Source: a bacterium
GTDB lineage: Bacteria; Zhuqueibacterota; Zhuqueibacteria; Residuimicrobiales; Krinioviventaceae
Direction of reading: 5' to 3'
Length of the DNA: 64,000 nucleotides
Assembly (NCBI GenBank): GCA_963675755.2
Contig: CAXXMD010000003.1
Span: forward strand, 640,001-704,000
Shown piece by piece: positions 19,294 through 28,027 of the stretch (position 1 is the first letter of the stretch; each line of letters starts with the position of its first letter). Below the pieces are notes generated by a model. That model did not search any database. It saw nothing but the letters and a program-made list of their open reading frames with translations, and was not told the origin of the DNA. The position numbers and the translations under genes are program-made.

Positions 19294-22179
19294 ATGTTTA
19301 AAACAAAACTACTAGTACTTTGCGGACTTGTCTTTACATTCTTTATGTTTGGATCATTGTCTGCTAAAGAATCAAAAACTACTACAAATACTGTCGATGC
19401 TGTCAAAGTATGGGCAAATGAAATGATGGATCCTGATCCGGAAAAACTCAATACCAACAATGGCAATCCGGTTCGTTACGGAACCAAAGCTGAACCCGGC
19501 TCTGAAAACATTGTTCGCTGGTGCGTTCAAAATGCAGAAGACTGGATGTTAATCAATTCTGATGATCCTGCAAGTGGTCCTTATTCCATGACCATTAGTA
19601 TTGGTGGAGAACGCATTCCGTCTGACAATTGCTGGCTTGATTTACGTCGGGAAGATGCTCCTGTAGCTGGTTATAACGTTCCTTTTGATGCCACTGGTAC
19701 CGACCGGGTTACTTTTTGGATCAAAGCTGAACCTGGTACAGCTCCATTGTGGTTCCTGGTACAGGGTTTTCAGCCTGACTATGATGGCACCACCTACTCT
19801 GGCGACAAACAGGAAACTGTTAATGCGTTTATCGATGGTGAAACCATTATCGTTAAAGACGCAGACGGTGGTTTAAAAGTATTGCGTGACAATCACTTTA
19901 ACGGTGAATGGCAATTTGTTAGTCTGCCATGGGAATTCTTGACAATGTCAGATTCAGCTGCTGTTGCTGAATTGCTACCCTGGAGTTTGGCATGGGAGGG
20001 TTCTTCTGCAGATTCTCGCGATGATGTTGCTTTTAGAGTTTCTGAAGTTCGTACAGTTAAATGGTTCACCAAACCTGCAAGTGAATTCCTCAAAGATCAA
20101 TATTGGGAATCTGATGACAACCTGTGGGGTCCTTATGGTATCAATCCTGAACGGGCTACATGGGAAATTGATGAAATTATGTTTGACACTTTTAATACTG
20201 ATGAAATTGATGACTGCTTGACACCCGAAGTTGATGTTTGGGCAAATGAAATGATGGATCCTGATCCGGAAAAACTCAATACCAACAATGGCAATCCGGT
20301 TCGTTACGGAACCAAAGCAGAACCCGGCTCTGAAAATATTGTTCGCTGGTGCGTTCAAAATGCAGAAGACTGGATGTTAATCAATTCTGATGATCCTGCA
20401 AGTGGTCCTTATTCCATGACCATTAGTATTGGTGGAGAACGCATTCCGTCTGACAATTGCTGGTTGGATTTACGCCGCGAAGATGCTCCTGTAGCTGGTT
20501 ACAATGTTCCGTTTGATGCCAGCAATACTGACAGAGTTACTTTTTGGATCAAAGCTGAACCTGGTACAGCTCCATTGTGGTTCCTGGTACAGGGCTTTCA
20601 GCCTGACTATGATGGTACCACCTACTCTGGCGACAAACAGGAAACTGTTAATGCGTTTATCGATGGTGAAACCGTTATCGTTAAAGATGGAAACGGTGGT
20701 TTAAAAGTATTGCGTGACAATCACTTTAACGGCGAATGGCAATTTGTTAGTCTGCCATGGGAATTCCTGACAATGTCAGATTCAGCTGCTGTTGCTGAAT
20801 TGCTGCCTTGGAGTTTGGCATGGGAAGGCTCTTCTGCAGATTCTCGCGATGATGTTGCTTTTAGAGTTTCTGAAGTACGTACTGTTAAATGGTTCACCAA
20901 ACCTGCAAGTGAATTCCTCAAAGATCAATATTGGGAATCTGCTGACAACCTGTGGGGTCCTTATGGTATTAATCCTGAACGGGCTACATGGGAACTTGAT
21001 GAAATTAAATTCCAAAAATCTAATTCTTGTGAATCATATCCTGCAGAAATTGCGGTATGGGACAATGCAATGATGGATCCTGATCCGGAAAAACTCAATA
21101 CCAACAATGGCAACCCGGTTCGTTACGGAACCAAAGCTGAACCCGGCTGTGAAACTATAGTTCGCTGGTGTGTTCAAAATGCTGAAGACTGGATGCTAAT
21201 CAACTCTGACAATCCTGCAAGTGGTCCTTATTCTATGACTATTAGTATTGGTGGAGAACGCATTCCGTCTGACAATTGCTGGTTGGATTTACGTCGCGAA
21301 GATGCTCCTGTAGCTGGTTACAATGTTCCTTTTGACGCAAGTGAAACAGATCGTGTAAGTTTCTGGATCAAAGCTGAACCTGGTACAGCTCCAGTTTGGT
21401 TCCTGGTACAGGGTTTTCAGCCAGACTATGATGGCACCACTTATTCTGGTGACAAACAGGAAACTGTTAATGCATTTATCGATGGTGAAACCGTTATTGA
21501 TATCAATGAATTAGGTGAATTGGCAGTTGTTAGAGACAGACATTTTACAGGTGAATGGCAATTTGTTAGTTTGCCATGGAAATTCCTGACAATGTCAGAT
21601 TCTGCTGCTGTTGATGCCATACTGCCTTGGAGTTTGGCATGGGAAGGTTCTTCTGCGGATAGTCGCGATGATGTTGCATTCAGAACTTCCGAAGTACGTA
21701 CCGTTAAATGGTTCACCAAACCTGCAAGTGAATTCCTCAAAGATCAATATTGGGAATCTGCCGACAACCTGTGGGGTCCTTATGGTATTAATCCTGAACG
21801 GGCTACATGGGAAATTGATGCAGTGTATTTCACATCCGGTTTTAAAGCACGTGAAGGTTTCACAACTGGTATTGAAGATTTGGATAAAGAAAGAATTCCT
21901 GCTTCTTATACTCTTTACAATGCATATCCAAATCCATTTAACCCAAGCACCACAATTCGCTACACAATTCCGGTATCAAACATGGTAACCGTTGATATTT
22001 ATAATGTTATGGGTCAAAAAATCCGTACGCTGGTTAATGAATATAAATCAGCAGGTACCTATGATATGGTATGGGATGGTCGTAACGATGCTGGTAACAA
22101 CATTTCCTCCGGAATTTATTTTGTCAAAATGCAAGCAAGCCATTTTAATTCAGTACAAAAGGTTACTTTGATTAAATAA
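19294..22179 (+). CDS. Secreted protein with three tandem ~275-aa putative carbohydrate-binding domains and a T9SS/FlgD-type C-terminal domain
   Basis: Signal peptide. Three near-identical units (FWIK...GEWQFVSLPW..L...IDEI, reminiscent of CBM11/CIA30 sandwiches). C-terminal AYPNPFNPSTTI...SGIYF...KVTLIK. Confidence 0.88.
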   Translation: MFKTKLLVLCGLVFTFFMFGSLSAKESKTTTNTVDAVKVWANEMMDPDPEKLNTNNGNPVRYGTKAEPGSENIVRWCVQNAEDWMLINSDDPASGPYSMTISIGGERIPSDNCWLDLRREDAPVAGYNVPFDATGTDRVTFWIKAEPGTAPLWFLVQGFQPDYDGTTYSGDKQETVNAFIDGETIIVKDADGGLKVLRDNHFNGEWQFVSLPWEFLTMSDSAAVAELLPWSLAWEGSSADSRDDVAFRVSEVRTVKWFTKPASEFLKDQYWESDDNLWGPYGINPERATWEIDEIMFDTFNTDEIDDCLTPEVDVWANEMMDPDPEKLNTNNGNPVRYGTKAEPGSENIVRWCVQNAEDWMLINSDDPASGPYSMTISIGGERIPSDNCWLDLRREDAPVAGYNVPFDASNTDRVTFWIKAEPGTAPLWFLVQGFQPDYDGTTYSGDKQETVNAFIDGETVIVKDGNGGLKVLRDNHFNGEWQFVSLPWEFLTMSDSAAVAELLPWSLAWEGSSADSRDDVAFRVSEVRTVKWFTKPASEFLKDQYWESADNLWGPYGINPERATWELDEIKFQKSNSCESYPAEIAVWDNAMMDPDPEKLNTNNGNPVRYGTKAEPGCETIVRWCVQNAEDWMLINSDNPASGPYSMTISIGGERIPSDNCWLDLRREDAPVAGYNVPFDASETDRVSFWIKAEPGTAPVWFLVQGFQPDYDGTTYSGDKQETVNAFIDGETVIDINELGELAVVRDRHFTGEWQFVSLPWKFLTMSDSAAVDAILPWSLAWEGSSADSRDDVAFRTSEVRTVKWFTKPASEFLKDQYWESADNLWGPYGINPERATWEIDAVYFTSGFKAREGFTTGIEDLDKERIPASYTLYNAYPNPFNPSTTIRYTIPVSNMVTVDIYNVMGQKIRTLVNEYKSAGTYDMVWDGRNDAGNNISSGIYFVKMQASHFNSVQKVTLIK
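19408..21830 (+). repeat. Intragenic tandem triplication (periods 828 and 819 bp)
   Basis: Units start at 19408, 20236 and 21055 and share long identical DNA stretches (e.g. ATGATGGATCCTGATCCGGAAAAACTCAATACCAACAATGGC). Confidence 0.97.
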
Positions 22180-22205
22180 ATTCATTGTTAAATTAAGCTT
22201 TACAA

Positions 22206-22237
22206 TAAACGAGGAGCAAAATATTGCTCCTCGTTTA
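22206..22237 (+). terminator. Intrinsic terminator hairpin
   Basis: TAAACGAGGAGCAA-aata-TTGCTCCTCGTTTA after the stop at 22179. Confidence 0.8.
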
Positions 22238-22562
22238 AATATTATAAATCAAACCCTAATGAGTCATGTGTTCCAGTCATTAAGGTTTTAATACAAAGGA
22301 TGATACTTGAAAAAACAACATGAATAGATAAAATGACCTGCCCAAATGTTGTTTCTTTAATTATTATCTTTTGCGTTTAACAAAAGGATGTTTTGAAAAG
22401 TAAAAAAAATATCAATATATTTTCTGGCCCTAATAAAGAGCCACTGATTCTTGTATAATATAAATGAAAAAAGCTGCTTAATATAAAATTACAAGCATTG
22501 CATCGCAACGCTTACATGAATGTTCGATTGAATGGCATATCAAGTAGTATGAGGTTACGGAG

Positions 22563-23732
22563 ATGATAAAGAAAAAGTGTTTTGGATTTATCCCCACAAA
22601 AGGCGAAACGGTAGATGAACAATTCAAGAACTGCCTGTTACAATTAGAAAAAACTTTAAAATCGTTAAATTTAGATAATATCGATATTCTCAAACAAACA
22701 ATTTTCGTCAATGCAGAAAATAATACCCGTTATCTTGAAATAAAAAACAGACTGGTAAAAATTTTAGACGCAAATTTCAATTCTTCCACTCCCCCAACCA
22801 GTTTTGTAGGTCAACCGCCTGAAGAAAATAAACATTTAGCATTAGAAATTATTGTTGCTGAAAAAGTTGATGGTTACCAGATCCAGCAAAAAAAAGTTGA
22901 AAATATAAAGTATGTGGTCGTCCAGAATACTGACATGAAAGAAGTTTATGCAACCGGATTGACAATGTCTGATCTGAACAGTGGAATTTCAGAGCAATCC
23001 CAAAACGCGTTTAACAAAATGGAATTAATTTTACAAAACGAGGGGTTAGATTTTAACAATATTGTTCGTCAATGGAATTACATAGAAAATATTCTAGATG
23101 TTAAAACCAGTGACCAGAAATTAGAACAAAATTATCAAATCTTTAATAACGTTAGATCCACTTTTTATGGAAAAAGCTCCTTTAATAATGGGTATCCTGC
23201 AGCAACAGGCATAGGGATGAATGTTGGTGGAGTTATTCTCGATTTTATTGCAATTTCTTCTTCAAAAAATATTTCTATTTATCCTATAAAAAACCCAAAC
23301 CAGGTAGACGCGCACCAGTATTCAGAAAAAGTACTGGTAGGTGATAATGCTGCAAATAAAACCCGTCCCAAATTTGAACGTGCAAAAGTAGTTTCTAACG
23401 AGTCGGTTAATCAAATTTTCATTTCGGGTACAGCAGCAATTATAGGCCAATATACAATTAACGAAAACACTGTTTCAGATCAAACAATTGCTACTTTACA
23501 AAATATAAACAAACTGATTTCAATTGATAATCTAAAAGCACATGGTGTTTCAATTCGCGATAGCTTAAAAGGACCCTCATATTTAAGGGTTTATGTTAAA
23601 AACAAAAATGATATTCCTTTGGTAAAAAATTTATGCAACGAATTTTATAAAGAAATTCCTACATTGTTTCTTGTATCTGATATTTGCCGTAATAATTTGA
23701 CTGTAGAAATTGAAGGAATAGCAGATTTTTAA
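22563..23732 (+). CDS. FkbO/Hyg5 chorismatase-like protein (Rid/YjgF fold, multi-domain)
   Basis: VRQWNYI, YQ.FN..R, YPAATGIG, NP.QVDAHQYS, PKFERAK, ISGTAAI.G, DICR..L.VEIEG. Confidence 0.75.
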   Translation: MIKKKCFGFIPTKGETVDEQFKNCLLQLEKTLKSLNLDNIDILKQTIFVNAENNTRYLEIKNRLVKILDANFNSSTPPTSFVGQPPEENKHLALEIIVAEKVDGYQIQQKKVENIKYVVVQNTDMKEVYATGLTMSDLNSGISEQSQNAFNKMELILQNEGLDFNNIVRQWNYIENILDVKTSDQKLEQNYQIFNNVRSTFYGKSSFNNGYPAATGIGMNVGGVILDFIAISSSKNISIYPIKNPNQVDAHQYSEKVLVGDNAANKTRPKFERAKVVSNESVNQIFISGTAAIIGQYTINENTVSDQTIATLQNINKLISIDNLKAHGVSIRDSLKGPSYLRVYVKNKNDIPLVKNLCNEFYKEIPTLFLVSDICRNNLTVEIEGIADF

Positions 23733-23771
23733 AATGAACACAGTCAATTTTAAACTTGGAGGTATTGAGTT

Positions 23772-26375
23772 TTGAAGTTAACTATATCCAAAAAGATCAT
23801 TTTATGTGTGTTTACATGCACTATTTTATTCATGTCTCAGCTATTTTACTGCCAAAATAGCGATAATAAAGTAATTGAAAATTGGCAAAAGAATAAAAAT
23901 TTAAAGGGTAATCTTTCTATTACCTATCCTGAAAACAATACTGTATTTCCTCCAGAAATAGTAGCACCAACTTTTCTGTGGAAAGATGAAATAGAGCAAG
24001 CGGATAAATGGCTGGTTTCAATAAATTTAAAAGAACAATCAATCAATATATTTACAGAGCAGCAACAATGGCGGCCAGATTCAGTACAATGGGGAAAAAT
24101 TAAATCCCAATCAATAGAACAGAATATTCAGGTAGCCATTCTTGGCATAAGTGGATCATCTATCGTATCCGGCTCCAGTGTTGTCATCGGCACATCAAAA
24201 GATTCTGTAAATGCGGCAATTTTTTATCGTGACGTGCCATTGCCTTTTAAACATGCCCTCAAAAACCTGCATTCCATCAAATACCGCTTGGGTGATATCT
24301 CTCAAGATGGAGAATCTAAAGTACTGTTGGAAGATCTGCCAATTTGCGGCAATTGTCACTCTTTTTCGCGTGATGGCGAAACAATGGCTATGGATGTGGA
24401 TTATGCCAATGACAAGGGATCTTATGTTATATCTGATATTGAAAAAGTAACTCCGTTAACGTTAGATAAAATTATTACCTGGAGTGATTACAAACGAGAT
24501 GACGGAGAAACAACTTTTGGATTATTATCACAAATTTCCCCGGATGGACGTTATGTAGCGAGTACCGTTAAAGATCGTTCCATTTTCGTAGCCAAAGATG
24601 ATCTGGCATTTTCACAACTGTTTTTCCCAATCAAAGGAAGAATTGTAATATATGATCGTCAAACAAAAAAATATTTCCCTCTGCCCGGCGCCAGTGATCC
24701 ACAATATTGTCAGTCAAATCCTGTATGGTCACCTGACGGCAAGCACCTTATTTTTGCACGGGCAAAAGCATATCGTTCGGAAAAAATTGAACAGTATAAA
24801 ACAGCCGTAATACCAACAGAAGCTGCTGAGGAATTTATAAGCGGAGAAAAAGAATTTAAATTTGATCTTTATAAAATCCCATTCAATAATGGTAAAGGTG
24901 GCAAAGCAATACCCATAAAAGGTGCCTCAAAAAACAACATGAGTAATTTTTTCGCTAAACCTTCTCCTAACGGAAAATGGATTGTCTTTTCTCAAGCGAA
25001 AAACTTTATGCTGCTTCAACCGGACAGTAAATTAATGATAATGCCGGCTGAAGGCGGAGAACCCAGAGAAATGATTTGTAATAATACAACTATGAACTCC
25101 TGGCATTCCTGGTCTCCTAATGGTAAATGGTTGGTATTTGCCTCCAAAGAAAGAGGCCCATACACCCAACTCTATCTTACCCATATAGATGATAACGGTA
25201 ATGACACACCAGCGGTTTTACTGGAAAACCTGATTTTAGAAAACCGCGCCATAAATATCCCTGAATTTGTAAATAGAAAAAGTGAATCATGGGACAAAAT
25301 GGTCGATATTTTTTCTGATAGCAGTAATTATCCCTTACGTGTTGGACACGTTGCACTTTATTATGGAAAATATGATGAAGCGATAAAGTCATATACAGAT
25401 GCAATAAACCAAAATCCTCAAGATTATGGAAATTGGTATTCCAGATCAGTTGCGAATAAAAGAGCCGGAAAAATGCTTGATGCCATTGATGATTTAAACA
25501 AAACGTTAGAATTAAATCCTGAATTTACGGATGTCTATAAGGACTTGGCAGAAATCTATATACAAATGAAAAATTTCAAAGGCGCTGAAGAGTATTTTAA
25601 TAAAGCATTAAAAATTGACCCTAAAAACTCTTATATCTGGTCTGCAATTGGTGTCAGTTATGCCATGCGTAAACAATATGAAACCTCGATAGAATACTTT
25701 GACAAAGCAATAAAATTTGAACCGGATAGTGCGGCGTACTGGACAAATCGTGCAATATCTAAAAGATACCTTGGAAAACTTGACGCTGCAGTTAATGATT
25801 TGAATAAAGCGCTGCAACTGAATCCTAAATTCTTGCTCGCCAACCAGCACCTGGGTGATATTAATATGCAAACCGGCAAATACGCCGATGCAGCAAAAGC
25901 ATATACCCGGGCAATTGACGCAAAACCGGGTAACGCAGTTCTTTACCATATGCGAGGTGATGCTTATCTGAGATCAGAGAACTATCAACTCGCCATTAAT
26001 GATTACGATCAAAGCCTGATGCTGAACCCTAAAAATGTTGATATCTATCTGGCAAGAGGCGTTTCGAAAATGAATATAGAAGACTTTTCTAACGCGGTAA
26101 CAGATTTCGATAAATGCATTCAACTTAATCCCAAAGATATTGAGGCATACTATAATCGGGCTGAAGCAAAATATCAGATGGAACAGTATATAGAATCACT
26201 CCAAGACTATAGTATTGTTCTTGAATTAAATCCAAAATTTGCAGCGGCATTTTACAAAAGAGGTCTTGTTCATTTCAAAATTGGAAATAATAAGGAAGGT
26301 TGTTCAGATTTGCAGATTGCTCTGGATCTTGGTTATAAATATGCGCAATCTGCTATTAATGAATATTGTAAATAA
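23772..26375 (+). CDS. TolB/PD40 beta-propeller plus TPR protein with a CxxCH motif
   Basis: CGNCHSF, several WSPDG/SPNGKW PD40 repeats, and about ten C-terminal TPRs (A...NP). Confidence 0.88.
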   Translation: MKLTISKKIILCVFTCTILFMSQLFYCQNSDNKVIENWQKNKNLKGNLSITYPENNTVFPPEIVAPTFLWKDEIEQADKWLVSINLKEQSINIFTEQQQWRPDSVQWGKIKSQSIEQNIQVAILGISGSSIVSGSSVVIGTSKDSVNAAIFYRDVPLPFKHALKNLHSIKYRLGDISQDGESKVLLEDLPICGNCHSFSRDGETMAMDVDYANDKGSYVISDIEKVTPLTLDKIITWSDYKRDDGETTFGLLSQISPDGRYVASTVKDRSIFVAKDDLAFSQLFFPIKGRIVIYDRQTKKYFPLPGASDPQYCQSNPVWSPDGKHLIFARAKAYRSEKIEQYKTAVIPTEAAEEFISGEKEFKFDLYKIPFNNGKGGKAIPIKGASKNNMSNFFAKPSPNGKWIVFSQAKNFMLLQPDSKLMIMPAEGGEPREMICNNTTMNSWHSWSPNGKWLVFASKERGPYTQLYLTHIDDNGNDTPAVLLENLILENRAINIPEFVNRKSESWDKMVDIFSDSSNYPLRVGHVALYYGKYDEAIKSYTDAINQNPQDYGNWYSRSVANKRAGKMLDAIDDLNKTLELNPEFTDVYKDLAEIYIQMKNFKGAEEYFNKALKIDPKNSYIWSAIGVSYAMRKQYETSIEYFDKAIKFEPDSAAYWTNRAISKRYLGKLDAAVNDLNKALQLNPKFLLANQHLGDINMQTGKYADAAKAYTRAIDAKPGNAVLYHMRGDAYLRSENYQLAINDYDQSLMLNPKNVDIYLARGVSKMNIEDFSNAVTDFDKCIQLNPKDIEAYYNRAEAKYQMEQYIESLQDYSIVLELNPKFAAAFYKRGLVHFKIGNNKEGCSDLQIALDLGYKYAQSAINEYCK

Positions 26376-26395
26376 TATCTAAGAGTTTGGTATAT

Positions 26396-26445
26396 TTCAA
26401 GATCAGGACACGTTGAAAAATACACTTTTAAATCCTGATCTTGAA
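26396..26445 (+). terminator. Inverted repeat after the TPR gene
   Basis: TTCAAGATCAGGA...TCCTGATCTTGAA with a 24-nt loop. Confidence 0.5.
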
Positions 26446-26647
26446 TAAACTTTATAAATTAAATTTCTGCTCCGGTTGATATTAAGAATTATTTTATTGA
26501 CAAATAAAAACGTGTTTGAACGCGAGAAACAGAACCAAACTCCCCTGTTAATACAAAGCTTGATTCAAAAATAATAAATCCTGACATTTTAAAATTAATA
26601 TATTTAACAGCATACTATTTCGGTATGGATTAATAAAAAGGGAAATT

Positions 26648-27940
26648 ATGAAACTGCTCCAAAAATTAATACTCGTAAAAGCTCAGCAAAACAAAACAGG
26701 ATTAATAAAAGCCACTATTTCAATGCTTAAAAAAATGATATTACTATCAAGTATAATCATTTTAACCGGCTGTTCACAAAACGGACCAGATATTAACAAA
26801 AAATATCATTGGGATGATGACGGTATGCTTGTGATTGACGGGAAACGCACCTTTATTATCGGTTCCTATCATCTTCCCAAAGGCGACGATCCATATAAAG
26901 AGATCGCAAAAAAAGGTTATAATTATGTACGTGCAAATGCATCTCAGGAAGCCCTTGACGCAGCCAAAGATAATAATCTGAAAACATGGCTCTCTACGGG
27001 TTGTATTCGTGATGATCACCGCGAAGATGATCAAAAACGAATTGCAGAATTGGTTAATAAATTTAAAACACATCCTGCACTTTTATGCTGGGAAATTGCT
27101 GATGAGCCGGCCTGGACCTGGAATTCTGCTGAACCCAGAATAGAAGCAGAATTAATGATTGAAACCTATCAATTCATCAAACAAAATGATCCTGAACATT
27201 TGATATATACGAATCATGCCCCTACAAATTTGGTGTCAACCATGCAAAAATACAACGATGCCACAGATGTTGTTGCCTGTGACATTTATCCGGTTATTCC
27301 ACATGGAATTACACCCACATATGCCTTGTTTCCGGATGGTTTGCAAGGAGATTTATTAAATCCATACATCAGCCAGGTTGGCGAATATGTTGATAAAATG
27401 CTAAAAGTCACAAATCAGAACAAACCGCTTTTTATGGTGTTGCAGGGTTTTGCCTGGGAAATGTTAAAAAAAGAACCTGAGCGTAATTCGGCTATGATAC
27501 AATATCCTACTTTTAAAGAATCACGCTTTATGGCATATAATGCTATAATTCATGGAGCTGTAGGTATCAACTATTGGGGAACTCATTATACACCCGAGTC
27601 TTCACAATTTATGAAGGATCTTGACAACCTTACACAAGAACTTGCAGAAATGCAAGATATTCTGTCAGCCCGTTCATTTGAGCTTGATATCAATAAAGAG
27701 TATCATGAAATTGGCTATTCGGTAGATACCGGTGTAGAAATTCTTACCAAAAAAGTCAACAATAAAACCTATTTATTGACTGTTAACTCGCATAGAAAAC
27801 CCGTACGTGTGAGCCTTTCAGGATTAAAAGAATACAACAATGCGAAAGTCTTAAAAGAAGGCCGTACTCTTTCGATTAATGAGGGTATACTCTTGGATGA
27901 TTATAAACCATTTGATGTACATGTGTATGAATTGCAATAG
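26648..27940 (+). CDS. Putative clan GH-A TIM-barrel glycoside hydrolase, lipoprotein (true start probably near MLKKMILL)
   Basis: Lipobox LTGC, IDGK..F.IG.Y, HPALLCWEIADEP, DIYP, PLFMVLQGF, AIIHGA.GI.YW. Confidence 0.7.
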   Translation: MKLLQKLILVKAQQNKTGLIKATISMLKKMILLSSIIILTGCSQNGPDINKKYHWDDDGMLVIDGKRTFIIGSYHLPKGDDPYKEIAKKGYNYVRANASQEALDAAKDNNLKTWLSTGCIRDDHREDDQKRIAELVNKFKTHPALLCWEIADEPAWTWNSAEPRIEAELMIETYQFIKQNDPEHLIYTNHAPTNLVSTMQKYNDATDVVACDIYPVIPHGITPTYALFPDGLQGDLLNPYISQVGEYVDKMLKVTNQNKPLFMVLQGFAWEMLKKEPERNSAMIQYPTFKESRFMAYNAIIHGAVGINYWGTHYTPESSQFMKDLDNLTQELAEMQDILSARSFELDINKEYHEIGYSVDTGVEILTKKVNNKTYLLTVNSHRKPVRVSLSGLKEYNNAKVLKEGRTLSINEGILLDDYKPFDVHVYELQ

Positions 27941-28027
27941 CTTTATAAAATAATAAATTCTTTATATAACAGACACAAAAAAGTAACTGTTAAATTCAAT
28001 AATTCAAGACAAAGGAGCCTTATCTAC

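Noticed and set aside
19685-21988. Repeated short alternative-frame and antisense ORFs
   Set aside because: They recur only because the host gene is triplicated.
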